From: Candidatus Magasanikiibacteriota bacterium
GTDB taxonomy: Bacteria > Patescibacteriota > Patescibacteriia > Magasanikbacterales > GWA2-37-8
Length of the DNA stretch: 64,000 bases
Reading direction: 5' to 3'
Assembly: GCA_903853785.1 (NCBI GenBank)
Contig: CAINUM010000063.1
Location: forward strand, 2,974-66,973
The translations under genes were made by a program, and so were the position numbers. Under the pieces are notes generated by a model, which ran no database searches, was not told the DNA's origin, and saw only the letters and a list, made by a program, of their open reading frames with translations. Of the stretch, positions 1 through 9,045 are shown one piece after another; the stretch's first letter is position 1, and each line of letters begins with the position of its first letter.

Positions 1-692
1 TCTATTTTGTGATTTAATAGATAATTTCCAATTGATTTTACCACACCACCGATAATTTCAAATTTACCATCTTCTTGTACGGATATGTTAGCTTCACATC
101 GCATGTGACCTTTTTCCATATCAGCGTCACTAACGTCGAGATAGCGTAAAATGGTCTGTAATTCCTGGCAGTAAGTTTTGGCTTCACCGCTACTTTGAAT
201 ATCAGGATCAGAAACTATTTCTACTAATGGTACACCAGCACGATTAAAATCAACCAAAGTATTGCCGTCAGTTCCGTGGGTCAGTTTAGCAGTATCCTCT
301 TCAAGATGAACACGAGTAATACCGATTTTGGTTGTGTCGCGGTGATTTTTGCCTGGTAAAAATTCTAAATCAACCGAACCGTGTTCACCGATAGGTAAAT
401 CAAATTGTGAAATTTGGTAAGCTTTTGGAAGATCAGGATAAAAATAATGTTTACGATCAAATTTAGAATATTCATTTATTTTACAACCCAAAGCCTTGGC
501 AATTTTAGTTGCCCAAGTGATGGCGGTTTTATTTGGGGTTGGAAGTGTACCTGGGTGGGCGAGACATGTTTCGCAAATATTGGTATTCGGCGCGTCGCGA
601 TCTGGATTGTTAGCGCAAGCGCAAAACATTTTGCTCTTGGTTTTGAGCTCCACATGAATTTCTAGGCCGATAATGGGGGTATACTTTTTCAT
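1..692 (-). CDS. gatB: Asp-tRNA(Asn)/Glu-tRNA(Gln) amidotransferase subunit B, 5' part (runs off window start)
   Basis: The reverse-complement translation from the ATG at 692..690 reads MKKYTPIIGLEIHVELKTKSKMFCAC...HYFYPDLPKAYQISQ, the GatB N-terminal signature. No stop occurs before the window edge. Confidence 0.8.
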   Translation of the reverse strand, partial: MKKYTPIIGLEIHVELKTKSKMFCACANNPDRDAPNTNICETCLAHPGTLPTPNKTAITWATKIAKALGCKINEYSKFDRKHYFYPDLPKAYQISQFDLPIGEHGSVDLEFLPGKNHRDTTKIGITRVHLEEDTAKLTHGTDGNTLVDFNRAGVPLVEIVSDPDIQSSGEAKTYCQELQTILRYLDVSDADMEKGHMRCEANISVQEDGKFEIIGGVVKSIGNYLLNHKI

Positions 693-715
693 GGTTAGCA
701 ACTTGTTAAACGTAA

Positions 716-1471
716 TTATTTAATAATTTGAGGGTTGTTTAAAATTGGATTTTCCTTAGCACTAAAATATAAAATAGCATCGCTCCAGATAAAAATTGGT
801 AATGTAAGCGCTGCTATAATTCCGCTAACTAAAGATAAAATAAGGTCTATTTTAACAGCCGAAGGGTTGAAAATATAATCGATAATATCAGGAATAACAA
901 TATTTAAAATAACCACAACTATTATAAAAATTATTTTTGGTATGACGATTCTAAAAGCCATTTTAAACCAACGACCCACCACCAACTGTTTGCTACTTTT
1001 TAAACTATTTAATTTTGTTTGGTCTTCAAATATAATTATATAATTTACAAAATAATACCAGATTGAAAAAATAATACCAGGTATTAAGAACAAGATACTT
1101 CCAGTAATTATAATTAAGGCTACCAACAAAGAAAGTAATAGGGTTGGAATTATATATTGTGCAGTTTTGATATAACTTTCTTTAAAAGTAGGAATAGGTA
1201 AGTTTTTTTGAATAAATTGAATTGATTTCATGATTGCTAAACTCGTCCAAATACCCAAAAATGACAAAGCCATAATAATGAGGGTAATGGTCAAATCTAC
1301 AGAAAGACTAGATAATTTTGTATAGGCATTGAGAAAAAGTCCAGCAAAGCCCAAAAAGTATCGAATTATAAAACCTGCTATCAACACACCTAAAAAAGGT
1401 GTAAAATGTCGCAATGTTTTTAAATAGTTATTCCAACTTTGGTGAATTAGTTCCGAAATTGTAATTAACAT
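716..1471 (-). CDS. hypothetical polytopic membrane protein
   Basis: 251-aa ORF, strongly hydrophobic with several predicted TM helices. No recognisable motif. Confidence 0.45.
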   Translation of the reverse strand: MLITISELIHQSWNNYLKTLRHFTPFLGVLIAGFIIRYFLGFAGLFLNAYTKLSSLSVDLTITLIIMALSFLGIWTSLAIMKSIQFIQKNLPIPTFKESYIKTAQYIIPTLLLSLLVALIIITGSILFLIPGIIFSIWYYFVNYIIIFEDQTKLNSLKSSKQLVVGRWFKMAFRIVIPKIIFIIVVVILNIVIPDIIDYIFNPSAVKIDLILSLVSGIIAALTLPIFIWSDAILYFSAKENPILNNPQIIK

Positions 1472-1472
1472 A

Positions 1473-2177
1473 TTATTTTAAAATTGTTTTTAATAAATTT
1501 ACCGCGTGTTCATTCATTATATCAATTTTTTCATCTCCCGACAAATAGTGTAGTTGGGTGCCTAGACTGGAAAAAAACCTGCCGTATTTATCTTCGTGGT
1601 ATTTTTGTGAAGATTTTTTCATAAAATCAATTTTTTCAAAAATCGCATCATCTTGTTTGTGGGTTCTAGACACCAACCGTTCAAAGGCAATTTCTGGCTC
1701 GATCTTCATTAGGATTAGGTGATCAGGGCGGTTTTGAGCTGCCAATCGATTTCCAACCAGGTCAGCCACTGTTTCCAGAGTAAGAGTTTGATCTTGAGCT
1801 GGCTGATAAGCCAAAGAAGTACTTAATCCACGATCTTGAATAATCGTCTTTCCTTTTGCTAAAAGAGGGATGATGATCTTCGTGTAAAGAACTAGTCGGT
1901 CAAGCGAGTGAGCGTCAGCGATCGCTTCGGCTGAATAATTATTTTTATTATTTATGAGTTCTTCACGTAAAACTTTTCCAATTCCAGTATAAGTGGGTTC
2001 GGCAGAAAAAATATAATCAAAATTTTCCATTTCTTGTAGCTCTGGATAGCGATCGTTTTCTTTTAAATAATTTTTCAAATCAAAAATTGTTTTACCCTGA
2101 TCGGATAAATATTTTTTCCAAGCAGAAACGATCGTGCTTTTTCCGCTACCATCAATACCATCAATCATGATTAGCAT
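1473..2177 (-). CDS. tmk: thymidylate kinase
   Basis: IDGIDGSGKST P-loop near the N-terminus, the dTMP kinase pattern. It is 1 nt downstream of folA in the same orientation. Confidence 0.85.
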   Translation of the reverse strand: MLIMIDGIDGSGKSTIVSAWKKYLSDQGKTIFDLKNYLKENDRYPELQEMENFDYIFSAEPTYTGIGKVLREELINNKNNYSAEAIADAHSLDRLVLYTKIIIPLLAKGKTIIQDRGLSTSLAYQPAQDQTLTLETVADLVGNRLAAQNRPDHLILMKIEPEIAFERLVSRTHKQDDAIFEKIDFMKKSSQKYHEDKYGRFFSSLGTQLHYLSGDEKIDIMNEHAVNLLKTILK

Positions 2178-2178
2178 A

Positions 2179-2655
2179 CTATTTTATTTTTTGATAAGTC
2201 ACAAATGAAAAACCATCACGGTCGTCTCTGCCAGTTTCTTGCCAGATATTTTTATTTATTTCTGGAAAAAAAGTGTCACCTTCTGGTGACTGGTGAATTT
2301 CGGTGATATATAAGGTATCAACACGATCGACGGTTTGACGATAAATACTAGCACCACCACAAATAAATACGTTTTCATCGTTTAGTTTTTCAAAAACTTC
2401 ATCAAGAGAATGTAATATTCTCACACCCTCGGCTGCTTTATAATTTTTATCCAATGTTACTACAACCGTTTGGCGTCCTGGCAACGGTTTACCGACATAA
2501 CCTAAAATGGATTCGTATGTGGCTTGTCCCATCACACAAGTTTTACCAAGAGTCATGGTTTTAAAATATTGAAAATCCTCTGGAACATTCCAAGGAATTT
2601 TGTTATTTTTTCCGATACAATTATTTTCAGCCACGGCAGCAATTAGAGAAAACAT
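2179..2655 (-). CDS. folA: dihydrofolate reductase
   Basis: MFSLIAAVAENNCIGKNNKIPW...LPGRQTVVVT matches the DHFR N-terminal consensus (IAA..N..IG..N.LPW, LPGR). Confidence 0.85.
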   Translation of the reverse strand: MFSLIAAVAENNCIGKNNKIPWNVPEDFQYFKTMTLGKTCVMGQATYESILGYVGKPLPGRQTVVVTLDKNYKAAEGVRILHSLDEVFEKLNDENVFICGGASIYRQTVDRVDTLYITEIHQSPEGDTFFPEINKNIWQETGRDDRDGFSFVTYQKIK

Positions 2656-2657
2656 AA

Positions 2658-3350
2658 TTATTTTTTTCTTCTTAGGGTTAATAACCAGTTGGTGGGATCT
2701 AAATTTTCTTGATCTGTGATTGGTTGTAAATCAGTTCCCTCCCAACCATTTGTTGTAAGCTGTTCTAATTTAGCTAAGTCCGATAAAGAAATATTTACAG
2801 TTTCAAATTTTGTTTCGACGTCAACTTTTGCATTCTTTAATAAACAGCTACCAACATGTTCTTTGGCATCTTCGGCAATATCAATTATAGTAAAACCTTG
2901 TTTTAGTTTTAGACGAAGCGAAGGGATGTTTGTTGAAGCGATATGAGTTTGTAGCCACTCAAATTTATTTTCTTGATTTTCACACCATTCTTGTCTTTTT
3001 TTATCTATTTGGCTAGCTAATCCCTGCTTTCTTTTTTCAAGCTCTACATATACTCCAGTCAATTCACCGAATCGTTTTCCATTTCTTAGTGTGCAACCCA
3101 AAACAGACCCTCCAGCAATAAAATTATTATTTTCATCGCGGATAGCAAAATTACTTACACTGTCATCATAGTCACAAAATGGTTCACGAATCATTTGACG
3201 AGTGAGTGTGGCATTTGGAATATGTTCTCTTTTGTCCTTTGGTTTAGAATCGTACCATTTTTTATATAAAATACTTTGGCCTTTATCTAATAGCTCAATG
3301 TTATTTCCTGGTACTATTCTTTGTGGTTCACCTCCTGTAAATGCACTCAT
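2658..3350 (-). CDS. hypothetical protein between thyA and folA (possible GNAT-like fold, weak)
   Basis: 230-aa ORF tightly packed in the thyA-folA operon. VYVELEKRKQGLAS weakly resembles GNAT motif A. No firm assignment. Confidence 0.4.
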   Translation of the reverse strand: MSAFTGGEPQRIVPGNNIELLDKGQSILYKKWYDSKPKDKREHIPNATLTRQMIREPFCDYDDSVSNFAIRDENNNFIAGGSVLGCTLRNGKRFGELTGVYVELEKRKQGLASQIDKKRQEWCENQENKFEWLQTHIASTNIPSLRLKLKQGFTIIDIAEDAKEHVGSCLLKNAKVDVETKFETVNISLSDLAKLEQLTTNGWEGTDLQPITDQENLDPTNWLLTLRRKK

Positions 3351-3351
3351 A

Positions 3352-4224
3352 TTATATGGCTATAGCCAATTCAATTTTAGAATAACTTTGATAGCCTTCA
3401 ATTTTTGAATCACCACATTGCCAATCAAAAATTGAGGTAAAATTTTCAGTAACAAATTTTGGTAGAGGATATAGGTTTGGATTCCTAGTTAGTTGTTCTC
3501 TAGCTCCTTCAAGATGATTTACATAAATATGGACATCAGCTAAAAAGCCAACAAGTTTACCTTCTTGTAATCCAGTTTCTTTGGCTAACAAGTGCAGTAA
3601 AGTAGCGTAACTAGCAATATTAAACGGAAGACCAAGCATGGTGTCGACAGAACGTTGGTTCCATAACAAATTTAGTTTTCCATTTATTACAGTTACCTGA
3701 AAACCATAATGGCAAGGTGGTAAAGCCATTTCATGAAGAGCTAGTGGGTTCCAAGCCATAACAATCATACGACGGTCATTTGGGTCAGTTTTTAATTTTT
3801 CAATTATTTTTTTAAGTTGATCAACACCCTGATTTACATAGTCAGTTTCAAAATTATAATACGGTGCATTAAAATGTCGCCATTGAAACCCATAAATCGG
3901 ACCAAGGTCGCGTTCCTCTTTCATTCGTTGTTTTGATTTTTCATCATGACCATAGGGTGCTTTTTTTGGGTATGCCCATTCATCCCAGATGTGGTTGTTG
4001 TGGTCTTGCAACCATTTCTTATCGGTTTTGCCTTTTATAAAAAATTCCAATTCAGAAGCAATAACTTTGTATGGCATTTTTTTTGTGGTTAACAAAGGAA
4101 AGCCCGTGCTCATATCATGTTCAAAGATTGCCCCGGCGGTCGCAATTGTATCGATGCCAGTGCGATTCATTTTTCTTTCTCCTTGTTCCAAAACTTTTTT
4201 TACAATATCTAAATATGCTTGCAT
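3352..4224 (-). CDS. thyA: thymidylate synthase (ThyA type)
   Basis: MQAYLDIVKKVLEQGERKMNRTG...GPIYGFQWRHF...PPCH..FQ...LPFNIASYA are classical ThyA motifs, including the catalytic Cys in PPCH. Confidence 0.9.
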   Translation of the reverse strand: MQAYLDIVKKVLEQGERKMNRTGIDTIATAGAIFEHDMSTGFPLLTTKKMPYKVIASELEFFIKGKTDKKWLQDHNNHIWDEWAYPKKAPYGHDEKSKQRMKEERDLGPIYGFQWRHFNAPYYNFETDYVNQGVDQLKKIIEKLKTDPNDRRMIVMAWNPLALHEMALPPCHYGFQVTVINGKLNLLWNQRSVDTMLGLPFNIASYATLLHLLAKETGLQEGKLVGFLADVHIYVNHLEGAREQLTRNPNLYPLPKFVTENFTSIFDWQCGDSKIEGYQSYSKIELAIAI

Positions 4225-4230
4225 ATAAAA

Positions 4231-4665
4231 TTATATTTCTCCGGTAGAACCAAAACCACCGCGAGATTTATCATTAATTTCTTCAACTTCTTCCCATTCT
4301 CCTTGTTCAATTTTTAAAAACATACCTTGAGCAATACGTTCTCCTTTTTCTACAATAACAGTTTGCTCGGTAAAATTATAAACGGAAATTAAAATTTCAT
4401 CAGTTGGTCCGCAATAGTCACTATCAATTGTACCAATACCATTGGCTAACATCAGCCCTTTTTTTGTAGCTAAGCTCGAACGAGCGGCTAAAGTAAGGAC
4501 ATAACCAATCGGTGTTCCGATAATTAATCCTGAAGAAATACGGGCAATCTGTTTTGGTTCAATTGTAGTTTGTGAAGCTGCTGATAAATCAAACGCCGCG
4601 GAACCAGAAGTGTGGTAGCGTGGTAGGGGAAGTGATTTATCTAAACGTTTGATTTTAATCTGCAT
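4231..4665 (-). CDS. dut: dUTP diphosphatase
   Basis: SGSAAFDL, GTIDSDYCG and C-terminal RGGFGSTG are dUTPase motifs. Confidence 0.9.
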   Translation of the reverse strand: MQIKIKRLDKSLPLPRYHTSGSAAFDLSAASQTTIEPKQIARISSGLIIGTPIGYVLTLAARSSLATKKGLMLANGIGTIDSDYCGPTDEILISVYNFTEQTVIVEKGERIAQGMFLKIEQGEWEEVEEINDKSRGGFGSTGEI

Positions 4666-4668
4666 AGT

Positions 4669-5220
4669 TTATAAGTATTTAGAGACCATTTTATCTAGTT
4701 GTTTATAGGTATTTTCTATAGTTCCATTATTATCAACCGTAAAATTTGCAGTTTGAGCAATAGCCAAAATTTGTTGTTCGGACTCTTGAAGACTTTCCTT
4801 TGCGAATTCTTCCCAAGTTTTGGTGGCATCATCTGGTTTTTCACCCCGATTTGCTAATCTTGAAAATCTAACGCGTTCATCTGCCTTAATATAAATTAAA
4901 ACAAAATTAGATAATTCTTTTAGATATGGAACATCGCTTGGTCGTCGTACTCCCTCGGTAATAATAATATCTGAAGTAGAGTTTTTTGCATCTTGAGCAA
5001 TTACTTTTGACATGATATCGTCACCAAAATTTTGGCGTAAAGTTGTAGAAATAAGTTGTAAATTGCCTCTATTTGGCTCAATATACATTCTTTTTAGTAC
5101 ATCATAGAGCATGTCTGAAAAACGAAAAGTAACCGCATTGAATTTCTTTTTTAGATATTCAGTTGCGGTAGTTTTTCCAGCGGCATTTTCTCCAACGATC
5201 CCAATTATTAATTTTGCCAT
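4669..5220 (-). CDS. P-loop nucleotide/nucleoside kinase family protein (dNMP-kinase/CoaE-like)
   Basis: GIVGENAAGKTT Walker A at the N-terminus and ~180 aa length. It lies inside the dNTP-metabolism operon. Confidence 0.55.
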   Translation of the reverse strand: MAKLIIGIVGENAAGKTTATEYLKKKFNAVTFRFSDMLYDVLKRMYIEPNRGNLQLISTTLRQNFGDDIMSKVIAQDAKNSTSDIIITEGVRRPSDVPYLKELSNFVLIYIKADERVRFSRLANRGEKPDDATKTWEEFAKESLQESEQQILAIAQTANFTVDNNGTIENTYKQLDKMVSKYL

Positions 5221-5229
5221 ATTGATACA

Positions 5230-5697
5230 TTATTTCATCCAATCTGAAATATACTGTCGACATTTGATTCCGGCTGCATCGAGCATTCGGCGTGAGGCGA
5301 TACAAGCGTCAGTATCGTGGTATTTGTCACTTTCGTAAATAATTTCTACTACTCCATTTTGGAGAAGGGTTTTGGTACATTCATTACATGGAAAGAGGGT
5401 GCAATAAATTTTAGCACCAGAGACTTTTTGACTGGAATTGTAGACAGCATTTTCTTCAGCATGACAAACATAGGCATATTTGGTTTCAGTAAAGCCACCA
5501 TCCCGGTCCCATGGTAAAATTCCACTCTCAATTCCTCGAGGGAAGCCATTATAGCCCAGTCCTAAAACAACATTGTGTTGGTCTGTAATGACCGCACCAG
5601 CCTGTGTGCTAGGGTCTTTTGAACGTTCAGCAATAGTATGGGCTATTCGCATGAAGCACTCGTCCCATGGAATGGCATTTTCTCTGTCTGTTAACAT
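5230..5697 (-). CDS. dCMP deaminase (cytidine/deoxycytidylate deaminase family)
   Basis: HAEENA and PCNECTK zinc-binding motifs (H-A-E ... P-C-x-x-C). Confidence 0.85.
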   Translation of the reverse strand: MLTDRENAIPWDECFMRIAHTIAERSKDPSTQAGAVITDQHNVVLGLGYNGFPRGIESGILPWDRDGGFTETKYAYVCHAEENAVYNSSQKVSGAKIYCTLFPCNECTKTLLQNGVVEIIYESDKYHDTDACIASRRMLDAAGIKCRQYISDWMK

Positions 5698-5782
5698 AAA
5701 AATATAGGTTAATAAATCATAGTTATTTTAACAAAAATAGCTATTGTTGCCAATAGCTAAAATTTAATGTTGATAACCGATT

Positions 5783-6196
5783 TTACTGCTTTAAATTTAT
5801 TAAATATGTTACAAAATCTTCAGGTTTTACAACTTCGTCTATAAAACAAGATATTGGTAAATCTTTAATTGGGGCTGAAGATATCAGTTTGCGATTTTTT
5901 GAATGCGCGTAGCCAATCTCCAAACTAACCCCGTTACCAACGTAGCCATTTTGAGAAAAAATATAGATTACGTCTGATTTGTCCATCCTCTTTAGGTGGT
6001 CGGCTAGATGCATCCAGTAAGTTTTTAATATTTCAGGGTTTGTTAGGTGCTCTCCATTTTTTAAAATATCTTCTTCTCTTTCTAAAAATGGGTTTGGAAT
6101 TGGAATCAAAACCTCAAAACCTTTTTCTTCTAATTCTTTGTGTAGTTTTAATACTTCTGGGTAGAATTTAAAACTTGAACAGATACAAATTTTCAT
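5783..6196 (-). CDS. nucleoside 2-deoxyribosyltransferase / Rcl (DNPH1)-like protein
   Basis: MKICICSSF start and VGNGVSLEIGYAHSKNRKLIS resemble the Rcl/NDT family pattern (MKIYFCGSIRGG ... SLGVGYELGRAVAFNKRIL). Confidence 0.55.
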   Translation of the reverse strand: MKICICSSFKFYPEVLKLHKELEEKGFEVLIPIPNPFLEREEDILKNGEHLTNPEILKTYWMHLADHLKRMDKSDVIYIFSQNGYVGNGVSLEIGYAHSKNRKLISSAPIKDLPISCFIDEVVKPEDFVTYLINLKQ

Positions 6197-6717
6197 ATTT
6201 TTTTTCTAAGTATTAGCTCGAAATAAGCAGCTATCACTTGGTCATTTTTAGTTAGACCAAGTTTTTCTAAAAATTTACAAATCTCTTTCTGAACAACCTG
6301 ACTATCAACTGATTCATTTACGATTTTTTCAACCTCGATATAATTTCCTAGACCTGCCACTTGGTCTAAACAGATTGAAAGTTTTTTATATTTATATAAT
6401 GTTCTTACCTTTTTAACTTTGATAAGCCTTTTGAATCCCAAAGCGATTAGTAGTTTGGCTGTATCTTTGGGCTTTGTTGTTACAAATTCATATTCGTTAT
6501 TATCCAGTATGTTTGAAAGTTTTTCTTTGACTGTAAGTGTGTAAATATTATTTTCCAGTCTTATTCTTGCAGACATTTTAGATAAATTTGTTTTATTCCC
6601 AATGTACACCTCATCAGATTGAGTGGTTTTTTTGAAAAATTCTACCCCAATTTTGTTGAGGTTTTTTCGAATAGAATCGACATTGTTAATTTTAGCTTTT
6701 ACTTCTACTTCTTTCAT
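6193..6717 (-). CDS. CYTH-domain protein (CyaB / triphosphate tunnel metalloenzyme-like)
   Basis: N-terminal MKEVEVKAKI matches the CYTH EIE(R/V)KF signature and the size is ~170 aa. It overlaps the upstream PK-like gene by 26 nt. Confidence 0.55.
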   Translation of the reverse strand: MKEVEVKAKINNVDSIRKNLNKIGVEFFKKTTQSDEVYIGNKTNLSKMSARIRLENNIYTLTVKEKLSNILDNNEYEFVTTKPKDTAKLLIALGFKRLIKVKKVRTLYKYKKLSICLDQVAGLGNYIEVEKIVNESVDSQVVQKEICKFLEKLGLTKNDQVIAAYFELILRKKI

Positions 6718-7720
6718 ATTTCAAAGCTTCGTCGATAATTTTCTTCGCCACACTAATTGAATAAGCTGGTCTTAGCCCCATGGTAGTTTCTTGGCACAAC
6801 ATTATTCCATTTACACCATCTAAAACCATATCGGTAAGATTGATAATTTCAGCACGATAAGGGATATAATTATTGATAGTACTTTCCAAAATTTGTGTTG
6901 AAACCAAAATTAAACGTTTGTATTTTTTTGCAGTATTTATGATGTTTCTCTGGATAAGACCGATTTTTTCAAACGGTACGTTAACTCCAATTTCACCTCT
7001 ATCTAACAAAACATAACGATATGATTCATCTTGGCAAATAGCTTCTATATTATCTACAGCAATCTGATCTTCGATTTTTAGCATTATTTTTGTTTTTGAA
7101 CCGATTTCTTTTTTAACCAATTCTCTTATATTTTTATTTGTTTCCTCTCCAAAATAAGAGACTGCACAATAACTTATGGATAAATCTTTTACCGCTTCAA
7201 ATATTTTTTTGTAATCATTTATCACATTATTTTCATCCAAGCGATTTGTGATATTAAAAGTTTTCATATACTGAATTACACCGTTGTTGAGGATTTCACA
7301 TTTAATTGTGTCTGTATCAATAATCTCTTTTACGTGTAAAGCGATCTCACCATCGCCATGTGTAATTAGTTGATTTACTCTAACCTTCTCTCCTAGTTTT
7401 TGAATTTGAACAGGAATGAATTGGTTGCAGTCGTTAGAATATGAAGCGGATTTAAAAATAAATTCTTCTTTTTCTCTTACCGCAAACATTTTAATATCAA
7501 AATCGCCTAAGCGGACTTTGTTTAACGGCATATCGATCATGATTTTGCATTCACTATGCAATTCATCGATTGCTTCTTGAGCGATTTTTATATTATTTAC
7601 ATTAGCCTCAATTGATCCGTAAGAAAAATTAAAACGCAAAATATCAGCCCCAGATAAAATTATTTTTTTTATTTTATCCTCTGCAAATGAATTAAAGCCA
7701 ATTCCAGCAATTATTAACAT
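6692..7720 (-). CDS. pyruvate kinase-like protein (barrel domain only, lacks C-terminal domain)
   Basis: RFNFSYGS (PK RLNFSHG motif), LLDRGEIGVNVP (MVARGDLGVEIP) and CQETTMG (SGETAKG) are present. At 342 aa it is about 130 aa shorter than canonical PK. Confidence 0.65.
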   Translation of the reverse strand: MLIIAGIGFNSFAEDKIKKIILSGADILRFNFSYGSIEANVNNIKIAQEAIDELHSECKIMIDMPLNKVRLGDFDIKMFAVREKEEFIFKSASYSNDCNQFIPVQIQKLGEKVRVNQLITHGDGEIALHVKEIIDTDTIKCEILNNGVIQYMKTFNITNRLDENNVINDYKKIFEAVKDLSISYCAVSYFGEETNKNIRELVKKEIGSKTKIMLKIEDQIAVDNIEAICQDESYRYVLLDRGEIGVNVPFEKIGLIQRNIINTAKKYKRLILVSTQILESTINNYIPYRAEIINLTDMVLDGVNGIMLCQETTMGLRPAYSISVAKKIIDEALKYERSRSKS

Positions 7721-7728
7721 ATAGGGAT

Positions 7729-7760
7729 TTAAAAAATACCCCTCAATAATGAGGGGTAAA
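7729..7760 (-). terminator. Rho-independent terminator downstream of rplA
   Basis: Hairpin TACCCCTCA-ATAA-TGAGGGGTA followed on the minus strand by a T-run. Confidence 0.55.
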
Positions 7761-7764
7761 ATTT

Positions 7765-8451
7765 TTAGTTTTCGTTAATTCTGATTGACGGCCCCATCGT
7801 TGAACAAAGGACTAAATTTTTTATGTATGATCCTTTGATTGTTGTTGGTCGTGCTTTTTTCAAAGCTTCTAAAAATGCAGATAAGTTTTCTTTTAATTTA
7901 GCATCGTCAAAACTAATTTTACCAACAATCTGGTGTACATTAGCAGTGTCGTCGTTTTTAAAAGTAACTTTACCTTTTTTCAATTCTTCTACCATTTTTT
8001 TGATGTTTGGTCCGACAGTTTCGGTTTTTGGACTAGGCATCAAACCTTTTGGACCAAGCACTTTAGCAATGGCGGCCAATTTAGGCATCATATCTGGAGT
8101 AGTTACGGCTACCTCAAAATCAATTTTACCAGTATCTTTAATTTTTTTGATTCCTTCTTCAGTATAAACAACGTCAGCACCGGCTTCGTTAGCCTCTTTT
8201 TCTTTTTCACTAGAACAGAAAACAGCTACTTTTTTTGTTTTACCAATACCATGAGGTAATACTACAGTTGCACGGATCAATTGGTCACCTTTTTTTGGAT
8301 CAATACCTAAATGAGCGTGAATTTCGACACTAGCGTCAAATTTAACACCAGATGTTTCTTTAACCAGAGCGATTGCTTCGTCTAGAGAATAAACCTTGTT
8401 TTTGTCTACTTTGCCGGCAATTTTTGCCATGCGCTTTGTTAATTTAACCAT
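7765..8451 (-). CDS. rplA: 50S ribosomal protein L1
   Basis: MVKLTKRMAKIAGKVDKNKVYSLDEAIALVKE... is the L1 family pattern. No rplK is adjacent. Confidence 0.9.
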   Translation of the reverse strand: MVKLTKRMAKIAGKVDKNKVYSLDEAIALVKETSGVKFDASVEIHAHLGIDPKKGDQLIRATVVLPHGIGKTKKVAVFCSSEKEKEANEAGADVVYTEEGIKKIKDTGKIDFEVAVTTPDMMPKLAAIAKVLGPKGLMPSPKTETVGPNIKKMVEELKKGKVTFKNDDTANVHQIVGKISFDDAKLKENLSAFLEALKKARPTTIKGSYIKNLVLCSTMGPSIRINEN

Positions 8452-8514
8452 ATTTTTTTTAATCGCAGTTGCGATTTTAGTGGTACAAACTCTCGAGTGG
8501 TCGAGATCCCACCA

Positions 8515-8550
8515 TTAATACAATGTATTTATAGCTTAATTTTCAATGTT
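8515..8550 (-). promoter_or_regulatory. candidate sigma70 promoter and leader of rplA
   Basis: On the minus strand, TTGACA-17nt-TATAAAT lies upstream of rplA. The leader contains the hairpin TCTCGACCACTCGAGA, a possible L1 autoregulatory site. Confidence 0.4.
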
Positions 8551-8559
8551 TGTCAACTA

Positions 8560-9042
8560 TTAACCCACCGAAAATAGTCGTAAAAAGACCTTTTTAAAAA
8601 GCTTTCCAACTTCACGAACACCATGGCGTACTTGTCTAAAATAAGCTATGTTGAGCAAAAGAAGCAGTACTACCACGACTGCATCATAACTTTGGCGCAA
8701 CCAGTATTCATCTGCTAATCTGACCCACATACCAAATTCATCAAAAGTCAAACCGAGCCCTATTCCATAAATTGCAGTGCAAATTTTGAAAATTTCTGAT
8801 TCAGCTTCGGGGCGACGTAATATTAAATATAGACCGATTAATACTAAAATAAATACCCCGTAAGTAAAATGATGAATGTGTACCCCCCGAACAGTAAGAA
8901 AAAAGTTTGGTAACCATCTTCCAATTACTAAATAAACCATCAATCTAGAAACGACAAAAGTAATAAGAAAATAAAAAATTATCACACCAATTACATGTTG
9001 ATTTTTGTTTGAATCAATTTTCAATTTCCAATCCGCCTCCAT
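8560..9042 (-). CDS. hypothetical membrane protein
   Basis: 160-aa ORF with four or more hydrophobic segments. No motif recognised. Confidence 0.45.
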   Translation of the reverse strand: MEADWKLKIDSNKNQHVIGVIIFYFLITFVVSRLMVYLVIGRWLPNFFLTVRGVHIHHFTYGVFILVLIGLYLILRRPEAESEIFKICTAIYGIGLGLTFDEFGMWVRLADEYWLRQSYDAVVVVLLLLLNIAYFRQVRHGVREVGKLFKKVFLRLFSVG

Positions 9043-9045
9043 ATT

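Noticed and set aside
414-665. Plus-strand ORF (83 aa) at the window start
   Set aside because: It lies antisense inside the clearly recognisable gatB reading frame on the minus strand. Low-complexity hydrophobic translation, so spurious.
7823-8259. Two plus-strand ORFs (114 and 108 aa)
   Set aside because: Antisense to rplA, which has an unmistakable L1 translation. Artefacts of AT-rich sequence.
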